This document shows, piece by piece, positions 38,513 to 51,030 of a stretch of DNA of 64,000 nucleotides (its first letter is position 1; every line of letters begins with the position of its first letter). The stretch comes from Podarcis bocagei (taxonomy: Eukaryota). Made by a program: the position numbers and the translations under genes. The stretch lies in the NCBI GenBank assembly GCA_964188305.1, contig OZ076895.1, one strand, 5' to 3'. Below the pieces are notes generated by a model, which was not told where the DNA came from, did not search any database, and saw nothing but the letters and a program-made list of their open reading frames with translations.

Positions 38513-39240
38513 CTAAAAGAGTTTTTAAAAAAGAAAATGAACAAATAAATCTTTGACAGAAATGCTGGTTATGAATCGCTTAAAGTATGTTTAATATATT
38601 AATACATCTAACAGCTTTGCTGGCTACAATTGCTTACAAAAAGATAGTTTGTTCTAGAGTTTATTGGGGTGGAAAACTGAGGAAAATATGGACCGTAATT
38701 TTATTTGTTTGCTTCATTTATATCCCACCTTCTTCTCCAAAGAGCTCAAAGTGGCACACATGGTTCCCTCCCTCCTCACTGAATCCCTACAACAACACTG
38801 TGAGGTAGGTTAGGCTGAGAGATTGAGGCCCTGGTCAAGTCTCTCTTTGAACATCAATTGTTAGTGGGAGTCTAATCATTACTACCTAAAGGACTCTGAA
38901 AGTAAGGGTTAAAAAACTGAGGACAGGCAAGACTGAAACAGTATCTAAATAGCACAGAACTCTCTTTACACCAATTGAGAAAGTAGGTGTAGGAGAAGTA
39001 TTTTAAGCAACAGGCTGTGTTTGAATGTCCCAAGTCAGACTTTCTGGCTTACTGTGTTTAACAGGAACAGGAAACTCTGGTTTACTGGAAATGCACACTG
39101 CCTGTTTGCTCCCATTCCCCTTTTGGCTTAAGTGTGATGAACAAACCAGGAAGCCAATACATCTGAACCATGATCATGAGCCAATCTGAAGAAATTGTTT
39201 GTTGTTGGCTTGCTGATCATGGATCCCTGGTTCGGATATA

Positions 39241-39455
39241 CAGTGGTAACTCGGGCTAAGAACTTAATTTGTTCGGGAGGTCCGTTCTTAACCTGAAACT
39301 GTTCTTAACCTGAGGTACCACTTTAGCAAATGGGGCCTCCCGCTGCCACCACACGATTTCTGTTCTCATCCTGAAGGAAAGTTCTTAACTCGAGGTACTA
39401 TTTCTGGTTTAGCGGAGTCTGTAACCTGAAGCGTCTGTAACCCGAGGTGCCACTG
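39241..39455. mobile_element. Tigger-like MITE nested in an older fold-back element
   Basis: TA|cagtggtaactcggg ... cccgaggtgccactg|TA. Confidence 0.8.
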
Positions 39456-40151
39456 TAATGTGAAACCAATGCTTCCTGATTTGTTTATTATGGTCATGCC
39501 AGAGGCATGAAGTGGGAGCAACTGGGCAGCATGCACATGCTGCTCATTCTTAGTAAACCACAACAAGCCAGAAAGTCTGCCTTAACAGGACATGCCAACA
39601 CGGCCACTGTCTAGATTCTAGATAAGAACAGTGGTAAGTTTTCTCCTGGTGAGAGGTTGTTGGGGGGGGGGGAGACCCTCTGGCGCTGCAGGAGCTCTTC
39701 AGGAACTCCAGTTCAGCTCTGGAGTTTTTGAGGAGACGTGGAGCCCACACTTCCGCGACAGCCTGATTTCCCTTGGAAGGAGAGCAACAATCTGCAGCTT
39801 TCCCTTTGTGTGGCAAAACCAGAAGCCAGTGTGACAACTAAAATAAGAAATCAATATGATAAACAGACGAGAAGTGAGTGGGGGTACTTGGGGGAATATT
39901 TACTGAAATACGACTTAAAATATAAATTCCAGGTAACTTTGTGACCAACAGCTGACAAGATTAAAGACACGAGAGCGTGGAAAATAAGGTGGAAAAAAAT
40001 AGTGTATATGCAGCCAAACAAGATATAAAAAGAACTGTCATGGAATGCTGAGTGGGAAGTCAAAAAGAACTACTGTATAAGAATGGGGAAAGGTGTAAAT
40101 GAAAAATATAATAATAATCAGTGGTAAGTTGTTCTGAGCTGTCATACATAC

Positions 40152-40251
40152 CCAAGTAACTGCAAAATCCACTATCTAGCAAGCGAAGTAAAGTACTCAG
40201 ATGAATTAGCTGTGTCTTCATACCCTGCATTTGCTCTTCAAAATTCTGGTG
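40152..40251 (-). CDS. TBC1D15: TBC1D15 exon 13
   Basis: HQNFEEQMQGMKTQLIHLSTLLRLLDSGFCSYL. Confidence 0.96.
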
Positions 40252-40878
40252 CTTAATGGGAAACAAATTGAAACAGCATCTAGAATATTTTTATTCTACA
40301 TGAGGGCCAAGATGAGTATTAAATCAAAACAAATATATAATAACAAAACTAAACATTAATGTGATGTTGGTCCTGTTGGGATGCTAACAGCGTCCCATGC
40401 AGCTCACTTTCAAGATCAGATATGGGTTTGATAATTTTAATTGATTGAAATAAGCCAATTAGAATAATCTGGAGTCCAATGAGACTGGACACCTTCATCT
40501 GCCCCACCTGCAATAAAATAGGTCTCTCTCATATTGGTCTCTACAGTCACAGCAGGCACTGTAATTCTTCAGCAATTTGACTTTACCCCCGAAGGCACAC
40601 TCTTCCATTGTCTCTCGAGACAGATATATGCCAAGAATTATTATTATTTACCTACCCTTCACCCTAAGGTCCCAGCACAGGTTACAACATTGAAACACAG
40701 CACTATCTTTATAATTACGGAACATACATTTCTTGCTTATATATCTGTTGCTACGCTGCAAGATAAACGCTACATAAATTGCTAACAAAAGTTTAATGAT
40801 AAACAGAAGTTACAGAAATAAGTTACACTTGAAACAGTAACTGAAGTTAACAACAGGAATGAAGATGAAAAGACTTAC

Positions 40879-40979
40879 CATTTGATCCATGTACAATGCA
40901 AAGCACCAAAAGGCATCAACTTCATTCTCCATCACATATAAAATCGGAGAAAGCAAGTCACTCATTCCCTGAACATAGC
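40879..40979 (-). CDS. TBC1D15: TBC1D15 exon 12 (Gln finger)
   Basis: GYVQGMSDLLSPILYVMENEVDAFWCFALYMDQM. Confidence 0.96.
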
Positions 40980-41081
40980 CTTGTATTAGAGAGAGAGAGA
41001 GAAAACTGGTGATATGTGGCAAACTGTACCGAAAAGATTGAAAAGTAACTACTTAGTTTCTCCCATCCTCTTCCTAAACTA

Positions 41082-41232
41082 CCGTATTTTTCCGTGTATA
41101 AGACTAAGGTTTTTTTTAACCAAAAATAGGTTTAAACTTGGGGCTCGTCATATACACGGGTAGTGCTGAGGGGTGTTTTCTTAATTTGGAGTCCCCCCAA
41201 ATAGGGGGTGTCTTATACATGGAAAAATACGG
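41082..41232. mobile_element. Tc1/mariner MITE
   Basis: TA|ccgtatttttccgtgtataagac ... gtcttatacatggaaaaatacgg|TA. Confidence 0.8.
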
Positions 41233-41484
41233 TATTTGTTCAAATAAGCATATGAGCAATGGAAACTTTTTGATACATTTATTTGATCTCCAAAATCAGG
41301 AGTACGCAAGTACCAAAACTAAACAAGTTTTTTGCAGGCCCCACTTGTTGCAACCAATGGTAAAACACATAATTAATTTGGGCGTCTAAGACAGAATGTA
41401 CATCAAGTTTTCTCTGAAGGGTAATTATAATAAGTTCCACTAGATCAGATAGTTGTACACATACATAAGTAGAATCCTACTTAC

Positions 41485-41601
41485 CCAAATCAAAGTCATA
41501 CATACAATAGGTCATCAAAATGTCATGAAGCAATATCAACCCAGGATTATCTTGACCTTCATAAAACTTGTTTGTTCGGTCTGTTCTGTTTACATCTTTT
41601 T
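41485..41601 (-). CDS. TBC1D15: TBC1D15 exon 11 (Arg finger)
   Basis: EKDVNRTDRTNKFYEGQDNPGLILLHDILMTYCMYDFDL. Confidence 0.96.
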
Positions 41602-42121
41602 CTGAAAAACAGCACACAGATTTAATACATTTTCAAAACAGCTTCTGCTAAGCCTATATCTAAAAAATGCAGGATGCTCTTCAAATTTCCAATTTCTCAA
41701 ACACTGTGCTGAGCTTTGAAGTGCCTAGTAAAGACAACTAAATTCAAAGGGTGTCATTTAAAATGCATTAAAGCAGCTTTTAAGAGTATTTAAGACAAAT
41801 TCTTCCTGTCTCAAATAAGATGATTTCTTATAAGCAGATTTCCAAACACTTAGAAAACGGTATACTTTTTATAGAAACCTCCTGATTAAAATGTAAAACA
41901 TTTTCATTGAATTAACACACGGCAGAGTCTATTTGAGATATGTTAAATGTAAAACGTCACTCAAATGTACTAGATATGTGGTGTTACATTAAATTTAATG
42001 GTGAGGAGTTGATATGTAATCAAGCCTTTAAGGTTTAATCGCTTGGTTTAGCATGAGAATGTTTTATTAGGACACTCCATTTCCCCATGTTTCTTTAATT
42101 GTTACTGAAGTTAGTTTATCT

Positions 42122-42487
42122 CAGGGGTCGGCAAAGTTTTTGTGGCTTGGGCCGCTTCACGGTCCTGCAGACACCACGGTGGGCCAGTGCGCGCGCGCAC
42201 ACACATATGTGCGAACACTATTTCCAGCACTCCTTCTGGCACGGAGGAGGCATGTGCAGCTTCCCACTGGCTGCAGGAGCTTCCTGTAGCCAATGGGAAG
42301 CTGGCCAGAGTCACGGAAGGCGGGCCCCACTATGCTCTGCACCGGTTTAGCGCATGTTTAGCGCATTGCACGGGAGCCGAGCGAGTGGGCGGTGGGGGTC
42401 CCCAAGCGGGTGACGGGGGTCGTTGGGCTAGTTAAACGACCCCCATGGGCCGCTTGTGGCCCATGGGCCTTGGGTTGCCAACCCCAG
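42122..42487. mobile_element. Young, CpG-rich hAT non-autonomous element
   Basis: caggggtcggcaa ... ttgccaaccccag; perfect 8-bp TSD gtttatct. Confidence 0.82.
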
Positions 42488-43884
42488 GTTTATCTGCTTA
42501 GTCTCTGAGCATATACTGTATAGTTTTACGCTACTGTAACATTCCACAAACTATTAGAATCTGATTAAAATCCACTGACTAAGCTTCTTGTGCGAATCAA
42601 ATCTAGCTATGCTTTACCAAACTGCAGAAGCATGTGAGGACACAGAGAGGATCTTGAAGCTGTTTTGCTCCTCTCTTGCCTTTTGTACTGCTGCATTGTG
42701 CTGAGCTAAACCAGGACTTTAAAGTTTGTGGTAAGTGAATGTGCTCAACCATGAGTCCTGCCTTAGACTACATGCTAAGCCTAACCCTGGTTTAGCTCAG
42801 CACCAGAGCAAAAAGGACTGGACAGGAGCAAATTACCCTACTGTGCAAACTAGAAGATCATTATAGTAAAGCTATGGGAGAATAAAGCTTCTTGTCTACA
42901 TTCAACTCTGACACTTCTAATACGTTTTGTGTTGTATTAAAAGGCAAAAAATAAAAAAGCCTTCAAATGCCAAAAGCAAGAACATTAACTATTTCTCCCC
43001 TCAAAAGTATATCTCCAAGTTCAATTTCAGTATTCTGAATGTGTGTCTGCTTTCAGTAGCAAAATACATGCTTGTCAGTAGGAGAAAAGTGGCTAAAGGA
43101 AAGAAATTTGGAAAAGCAGCAAGAAGGAAAAAGGTTAGATGCTCCTCCCTTTTTGCTGCTTTTAAACTAAAAATATTACTCTGCTTCTTACACTGGTGTG
43201 ACTGCATGCCTGCTGTGATGCACATTAAACATACAACTTAGCTTTCTGGTCTCAAACTTTCCCTCTTGCCTTTAAGAGTTATTGCTAATGTTATAAAGCA
43301 TTTTAAATGTTTGTCATTGCTTGTAAGAGCAGATAATAATAAAGTTTGATGTTAGTTTTAGTTTATAACAGGCTACTAAAGCATATGGTCAGCAACCTGT
43401 AGAAATTTATTTAAAGTGAAATCAAGTTCAGCACACACTCAGCTTTCCTTTATTTCAGTCAGCAGCAAAATAAAATTGCATCAACTACAAGGATCAGAAA
43501 AGAAATGGCTGCACAGCACACATGCTGACTTCAAGAGGAAATTAAAAACATTCCTGTTTATCCAGGCATTTGGTGACTAAAATACACTGTTTCATGGCAG
43601 CCCTGAGATCACTCGTTGAAAGAATGGTGAGTTTGTTTGTCTGGCTCATTTCTATTCATTATTAATCCTTTTATTATGATATTTGTCTTCTGTTCACAGT
43701 GTTAGGACATGAAAGAGAAAGAAGCCATGAATCCTAACACACTGAACCTAACAGGTCATAATTTTGTTACAGAAACAATGTCTAACAAACATCGTGGATA
43801 ATTGAGGTCACCTCAATTTTTTAAAAAAGGAGTAAAAGTTTATCACTAACATATCTCTTTGCCTTCTATGTTTCTTAATATTAC

Positions 43885-43979
43885 CTATAAGACTTCTGTA
43901 GTCCCTCAATCTATAGTTTCTTTTTTCTTGTTCTTCACTGACAGATTTCCACTGAAGCTTCATCCTGAAATACTCATCT
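43885..43979 (-). CDS. TBC1D15: TBC1D15 exon 10
   Basis: DEYFRMKLQWKSVSEEQEKRNYRLRDYRSLI. Confidence 0.96.
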
Positions 43980-44083
43980 CTGAAGAAAAAATGATAGTAG
44001 TAATAATATTCGTAAGCAGTTGTCTTGCAAGTATGCAAAGTTTACTCCACATTATGACATTGTTTTAAGGGAGCCGTACTTAC

Positions 44084-44187
44084 ATTTTCCTTTTCTGTAT
44101 ATTTGTTCTTTCTTCCCTACTACTGTGCCAAGGGTAATAACCCAAAAGAAACTTCCAGACCTCCTTTCTCAAAGCATGACAAAGGCC
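44084..44187 (-). CDS. TBC1D15: TBC1D15 exon 9
   Basis: GLCHALRKEVWKFLLGYYPWHSSREERTNIQKRK. Confidence 0.96.
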
Positions 44188-45539
44188 CTAAGTGGAACAT
44201 AATAAAATAGCAATGGCAACATCAGGCGCTTTATAAGAACAACTTTATTCAAATCCTGTAGTTGTGCAGGAGCTAACATTACCTAATTTTATTGCCACTG
44301 TTTCCTACGTTTGATTTCCTCTGGTCATTTTTTGGGGGGGAGGGTGGGGTTCTTTCCCCTGCTGTTAGATCACCTAGTTTCTTCAACTTCTTTTTTTATG
44401 TTTGTTTCCCTACCTTAATATTTTTCTGCATTATGTTTATAAACGTATCATTGAAAAAAATGAAGTTATCAACCTGGAGGTTAATTAAATTACATGTTTT
44501 TCCGCAATACCCCCCTTTCTAAGCTCCCTGCCTCCTTCCCTCTCATGTCACATCTTATCAACATGCAGATTCATAGGTCTTTCGGCAGAAACTTACAATT
44601 TCTAAATTTATCTGCAAGCTTTAAGTGTAAATACTGAAACCATTTGTCTTTTAAAGCTATTACTCCAAAATATCTATAACACACTGTTCAGGTTAAACTG
44701 AAGTCACTGTGGGAAGGCAAATCTTAGAACATTACAAATAATTTCCAACAAGATCTAAAGGTAGTTCTATTTGGCTTTACCTAGAGCCATCTAGAAAAGA
44801 TTTAGGCAAGTGGCACTGTGCACAAGGATGCAATGTCTAGGTGTTGCTGGACTCCAACTCCCATCAGCCCCAGGCAGCATGGTCAAGAAAGAGGAGAGCT
44901 GTACTCCTACAGCATCGGGAGGCTCATGAGTTGCCCATCTCAGCCTTAGGGCAAACTCCTTCAAGACGCCCATGTTCTATCAACGGCTATGGAGTAAAAA
45001 GCTAAGGCCATAGTGGACTTCATTTAAACCTTAAACTAAGGCTAGCACATCCTCATTTCTGTCCTAAAGGATTTGCATACTTTATTTGCAAAATTCTTAT
45101 TTATGCATTGTTCACGCCAACATATTTTCACATAACTCTGCCTTATTCAGTATTAGACACTAAGGGACCAGTCCTGCAATTAGCAGTATCAACACACATG
45201 AAAAGTAGTGAGCTTCTCCAAACATGGCATTAGAAATCCACGGCGCGAAATCACTGCTTTCAAAACAGAACTTAAAGGGTTTATATAACAAGCATGGCTA
45301 GATGTGTGGTTGGACTAAAACTCCTATCATCCATGGTTATGGTCCATGCTGGATGGGGTGGGTGAGGGTTGGGATCCAACAACTTCCAGAGGAACACAGG
45401 TTAGCTACCCCTGATTTGATGGTCAGCCGCTTCGGAGTATTGCTATTTGAATGATTCATAATTTCAGTTAACCTTTTCTGGAGGAATAACCAAATACATG
45501 TACCTGCTAGCTACTGTCCTAGCAATAAGGAATCAAATA

Positions 45540-45792
45540 CCGTATTGGCCAGAATATAAGCCACACTCCTCCCCCCCAAATTCCGACTGTGAAAAGTTAA
45601 AGTGCGGTTGAAATTCGTGACCTTACAAAAATTGGCTTTTAGGATATCGCTGCTGAAACAGACATATGGTAAAACAGAACAGGTGTGAGTGCCTGTGGAA
45701 TTTTAAGAGAGCGGCTTATTTTTGGGTATTGTCTTTTTTTTCCTTTTCCCTCTTGAATTTTAAAGGTGCGGCTTATATTTGGGCGAATACGG
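45540..45792. mobile_element. Tc1/mariner MITE
   Basis: TA|ccgtattggccagaatataagcc ... ggcttatatttgggcgaatacgg|TA. Confidence 0.75.
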
Positions 45793-45825
45793 TACAATTT
45801 TTAAAGAGATATTCTAAGATATTAC

Positions 45826-45954
45826 CCCTCTGAATATCATTTGTTTCATGGAGTCAGCATTTAAGATTCTCCCTTCAGAATCCATATTCTTAGTCCATTC
45901 TTCAACCGACACTGGTTGTCTTCTGTTCACTTCGGGTCGCTTTCCTAAATCAAT
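45826..45954 (-). CDS. TBC1D15: TBC1D15 exon 8
   Basis: IDLGKRPEVNRRQPVSVEEWTKNMDSEGRILNADSMKQMIFRG. Confidence 0.96.
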
Positions 45955-46041
45955 CTAAAATATGCACCAGAAAAGCTGTTAAATTATTACCAATGCACTA
46001 ATTTGTATCTTAAAACCACCCTCACTATCAAAAATGCTTAC

Positions 46042-46239
46042 TCGTGTAATGACTTCAAATCCTGGTTCTTCCTGTTGATTTATTTTCAAGCCTGGTATAG
46101 CATCGCTAAAGAAGTCTGCCATTTCTGAGGGAGGCCGCTGCTGAGTTGCGGGGTCACTTCCTCGTAAACTATCAAATATATAGTTGGTCACTTTCGAAAA
46201 TCTTCCCATTGTTGCTGTGTAAGGATCAGTCTTCAGTTT
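46042..46239 (-). CDS. TBC1D15: TBC1D15 exon 7
   Basis: KLKTDPYTATMGRFSKVTNYIFDSLRG...QQEEPGFEVITR. Confidence 0.96.
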
Positions 46240-46631
46240 CTGAGAACAGCACAGGGGTAAACAAATTCTGAAATGGCTCACACAAATGGGGGGGGGGGAA
46301 TTCTGATAGTACGACATTCATTCTCAAAAGCAAGCTGCCCAAAGAGTAATAACTGATACAAGTTGTGTCCAGAAGGCTACAGGAAGCTGAAAAAAATGCA
46401 TCTCCAAAATAACGCATTACAGCCTCTTTCACCAGTTCAGTGTTCCCACTGGGAAGAAGGGCAGGATACTGATAAGGACATTTTAAAAAGATGTCCTTTT
46501 GTACAGAAAACATAGCAAAGAAAAATAAGGATCTGCCAGCATGAAAATTCCCAGGGTTGAAATTTGATTTCCCTTCAAGAATTGGGCATTTTAAAATCTT
46601 GAATACTAAACAATTAGGAAATCACACAAAC

Positions 46632-46725
46632 CTCTAATAAACCATATGCTGGTTCATCAAGGAGATTTTCAAAGGACTGTGAAATACTCTGGCAGTTCAC
46701 AAGAATTCTCTTGTCCTGTGGAGAT
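46632..46725 (-). CDS. TBC1D15: TBC1D15 exon 6
   Basis: SPQDKRILVNCQSISQSFENLLDEPAYGLLE. Confidence 0.95.
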
Positions 46726-48699
46726 CTGTGAACAAAAACAAACCATTTCCCCTTCTAGAATCAAAGTCTTTCTTTTGGGAAATTCAACAATATAGCCATC
46801 ACATTTGAGAAAAGTGAATTCATCGTGCAATATTTTAAGAGGATTATATGTGTGCATGTGCACACAGAAATATACAGAAAGAAGACATCACTATTAAAAA
46901 AGTTGAAAGTATTTGATTGCCACCTCAGGCTTATTCAGGAAATTAGCTGGTTGGATTCACTATTACTAGCTTCTGAAACAAAACACCATTACATTTATTC
47001 ATTGTTACCTGGAACACCTACCACCTATTCTGTTATTAAAGATAAGACTTTTAATAAATGCTATCGCTTCCCAGTGCTGGCATGGAAGGTTGCAGCATTT
47101 GTGCCAGAGGATATGAAATTCAACAACAGATTGCATCTTAAAGTCAGAAGAGGCGATATCATCAGTCTTGATGACACGGCTGTTAATAAGCCAGAACTGA
47201 GGTTTGCTAATACAGCCCAGAAAGCAGAGGTTGTGATGCGTCATACTTAGCTAACCCATCAGAATAAAAAACCTCTTAAAGATACTTCCATTTTAATTAA
47301 ACTCATCCTGAGTAATATTCACAATAAATTAGCATCACTTTATTTGCTCTGAGCAGTTATTTATGATATTGGACCAAGGAAATATGGATTTTTCAAGTAA
47401 TATTAAACTGAATTTAGAGTCTTTCAAGAGAAACTCTGAAATCCTACTTACTCTCTTGTATACTTCAATTCTCTAATTAGGCATTATTTGCTTGAAATTA
47501 AAAAAGCTTCTGTCAAATTTGAGTGCCAACTAGAAAATGCCTACTCATTTAGAGTATATTTTTAAGAGAAGTTAGAAGATGTCCAGTCATGGTCTGGGAC
47601 TAAATACAAGATGTGGGCAACAATCTCAGTCAGTCAGATATTTATTGTTAGTAACCAATGGCCTAGGTTTGTATTTGTTCAGGGCATCACAGAAATTCCC
47701 TCTTCCTCTCAGACCTCTGACTAGTTGGTACTGTGATCTTAGTTTATATACTACTGGAAAGCTTATCGTAGGTGAATTGTTTGTTGCCAGTCTCCAAAAG
47801 AAATTATTTATTTCCTATTACCTGGATCACTTATTTTGATCCAGCAGAGCCAACAGAGAAAAATCATTGAAGAGATTAGTCCTGAAAGCAGGAAGGGTCA
47901 GATCTAGGAGATGCAAGTGGTAAGAGAGGGAAGACTTTAGGGGCCTGGTCAATTGCAAATTCAAGCCTAGCGCAGCTGCAGGGCTGCAGTGACTTCTCTA
48001 TCGGATATTTTTACAATAAGTATGTTTTGTTTACAGAAACCTGGCCGCCAGCATCTGAAGAAGTGTCTCTGAACTAAGCTGCCATTCTTGGAAAACTAAG
48101 AAGTGCTGGATTTGGATTTTCTTGCAGCTTTTCTGCTAGCTACAGCCACTGGGCAGAGGGAGAAAGAATGCAGGAGTGTTGTATTTTGCATCTCACCTTC
48201 CCCCTACTGTAGACAGACAGCAGGGGAAGGAGAATTCAGTATTTCAGGAGATTCTGTACCTGCCACTCCTTTCTCCCATATGTAGTGTTACCTGCTTGCT
48301 ATAGCTTGGGCTGTCATCTTAAAATAATCTATGTATGAGTTTCTGTGCAAAATGTCAACTAAAAATGCACCTTTTTACCCTAGCTTTTGACACTTGAGGT
48401 GTATATTTTTAATATTGTAACCTGCCCAGGGACCTTAGGGCGATGGGCAGTTAATAAATAAATAAATGCACCCTGTAGTAACATTACAGGTTCTTCGCAG
48501 AGTTGTGCTTGATAATTACAATTTAGTATTTCTTTTTAAAATCACAACTTGAGCCTATTGATGTTGTTTAGAAACTATGACTAGAAGCATTATTTATTCC
48601 CTGGCTGGCTTTTAAAAAAAAGTTGATCAATTCAGATGGTTATGCAAACAGTAAAGCTAGAATAACTGACCAAATAGACTCCTCACAATGAATACTTAC

Positions 48700-48910
48700 T
48701 CACAGAGCACCACATATTTTCTAAGGGAATGAATCAATAAGGCGCTGTCTCCATGATGGAAGTGAAGAGCTGGGAGGACAACATCATCCTTTAAGCAGAA
48801 TACCAAATAGGACCATCCCATTCCTTCTTTGTTTTGCTTAATGGACTTTAGATCTGCTAAACTGAACAGGAAGGACCACTTGTTCTCTCCATTTGTGTGA
48901 ACAGCAGCAT
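48700..48910 (-). CDS. TBC1D15: TBC1D15 exon 5
   Basis: DAAVHTNGENKWSFLFSLADLKSIKQNKEGMGWSYLVFCLKDDVVLPALHFHHGDSALLIHSLRKYVVLCE. Confidence 0.96.
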
Positions 48911-49943
48911 CTAATGGGGAAAAGAGTATGTTATTTTCTTGATCTAAAGCCAATATGCAATGCATAGCACTGGAATATATTAAAACTACTTCCAAGAATA
49001 AGTGCACTTAACATCTTGGTAGCACACATTTCATTCAATCCTTCTGTGTGGCTAGCTCCACCACTATCAGTGGTGGTATGCTTTCAGAAAGCACCAGGCT
49101 TATTCTCTGGTTAAAAGAATTTGAAGTGGGAAGGCTGAGAAAATCCCCTGCCCAAGATTTTGGGGGATCATGCCCATTACTCTCTATCTCAATGGACAGG
49201 GATGGAGCAATGGTCTGACAGTAAAATGCAGTTGATATATTCCTATGCAACTTGACTAGGATCTGCAAATTCTGAAGTATTTATTCATTAAACTCTTCTC
49301 GCCGAACCAATAGCATATACCCTATCAAAGACATATGGTAAGAACTGTCATTAGAAAAGCACCGCTACTAATTTAGTTTGTATTATAACATTAACACCCA
49401 AAAGACCCAAAAAAAGAAGTATGCTACATGCACAGCTGGCTCTCGAGCCGACTAAGCATTCCCTCTATTGTGTGGCAGGGCGGTCCTCCCCCTACCTGGC
49501 AACGCCTCCTCAGCCGGGATAGGATAACTGGCAGAGGTAGGCAGAGACCTCCAGGTGTCCGGCTGGGGTGTGTGTGTGAAGCCAGGCTGTACTGCCAGGG
49601 GCCGCATAGGTCCAGGGGAGCTGCCTGAGACCACACAAAAGGTGCCCCCCATTTGATGTGGGAAGTGGTCATTACCTGCTACAGATGGAATATTTGCAGA
49701 GTGCATTATTTTACACAAATTCACCCTGCTTCAGAGCGTTGAAGCCCACCTTTCCACCACAGACAGGTGATCAGCACTATCAGATGAGAGGAGCTCCACA
49801 AGCACAGCAAGAGGTTTGCAGCTTTCAGCTGCGCAAGGAAAGGAGGCCAACCCAGTGGTTTCTTCCACATGTAGAAACCTCAGTGTCTGGGATCATCCAC
49901 TGGAATAGCTTATATGTTTTTATACACAGTATTCTTCATTTAC

Positions 49944-50082
49944 CTCCATTTGACTGTGGTTTCTTTTTAAAAGAGACTGTGTTGACCATATCCCATTCGG
50001 CCTCATAACTGTTCGGATGTTCTGTCCCTCGCAGAGTCTTCTCTTTAGGAGTCTGTGCCCACTCAACAACAGAACTGGAATC
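49944..50082 (-). CDS. TBC1D15: TBC1D15 exon 4
   Basis: DSSSVVEWAQTPKEKTLRGTEHPNSYEAEWDMVNTVSFKKKPQSNG. Confidence 0.95.
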
Positions 50083-50199
50083 CTAAATAAGATATCGAAA
50101 CAATCAAAAATAGTTTCACTTGCAGCTAGTGATTAATAAAAAAGGCACCCCCCAATATTCCTGTTGTTGTTGTTTTTATAAAAAAATTATAAAGATTGG

Positions 50200-51030
50200 T
50201 ATAGGTACCTGTGCTTTTAAATTTGTTCATAAATGTTCTAGTATTAAGGGTGAGTAGTGCATTAGCCAAGCTTGCCGATGATAGAAACTTGTTCAGGGTG
50301 GTTAAAAAGGAATTACAGTGGTGCCTTGCAAGACGAAAAGAATTCGTTCCGCGAGTCTTTTCGTCTTGCGATGTTTTTCGTCTTGCGAAGCACGGTCCGT
50401 CGCAACTGTGCCTCTTCAAGCGGCTTTTAAAAAAAAGTGCAAGACGTTTTCGTCTTGCGAAGCAAGCCCATAGGGAAATTCGTTTAGCGAAGCAACGCAA
50501 AAACGGAAAACCTTTTCGTCTAGCGAGTTTTTCGTCTTGCGGGGCACCACTGTATGAAGAGATCCAAAAGGATCTCTCCAAACTGGGTGAATGGTGGGGG
50601 GAAAGGCAAATGCAATTCTATGTAAGCATGTGTAAAGTAATGCACATTGGGGCAGACAATCTATGTTTCACATATATGCTCATAGGGTCTTAACTGGTAG
50701 CAACTAACCAGGCATGAGACCTTGTGGTCATGGGGATAGCTCAATGAAGATGATAAGCCACAGTCCAGCAGATGTGAGAAAGGCAAATTACATGCTAGGG
50801 ATCATTAGGTAAAACTGTCAATATTGCTATACACATCTATGGCATAACAACCACACCTGGAATACTGTGTACAGTTTTTATCTCCTCACCTCAAAAAGGA
50901 TTATAGAGTTGGGGAAAGATTCCAAAAGGGGGAACCAAAGTGATTGAGAGAACGGAGCAACTACCCTTCTGGGAAAGATTGGGATTTTTTAGTTTAGAGG
51001 TAAGATCAGCAAGAGAAAACATGATAAATG
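50200..51030 (+). mobile_element. Degenerate CR1 LINE ORF2 (RT C-terminal) fragment, split by a MITE
   Basis: LNLFINVL..AKLADDRNLFRVV / EIQKDLSKLGEW..QMQFYVSMCKVMHIG match CR1 RT motifs. Confidence 0.8.
50316..50552. mobile_element. Tigger-like MITE inserted in the CR1 fragment
   Basis: TA|cagtggtgccttgcaagacg ... cgtcttgcggggcaccactg|TA. Confidence 0.82.

Noticed and set aside
47140-47200. C/D-box-like TGATGA..CTGA motifs on both strands
   Set aside because: Boxes are only about 11-25 nt apart with no terminal stem; too short for a snoRNA
48696-48704. Tandem donor GTGA-GTAAGT at TBC1D15 exon 5
   Set aside because: The distal donor gives the right phase and a perfect consensus; nothing supports use of the proximal GT
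50211-50693. 160-aa ORF reading through CR1 RT, MITE and CR1 RT as a possible domesticated chimera
   Set aside because: Insert plus TSD is 239 nt (not a multiple of 3), the RT FADD motif is decayed to LADD and there is no ATG start; the open frame is coincidental
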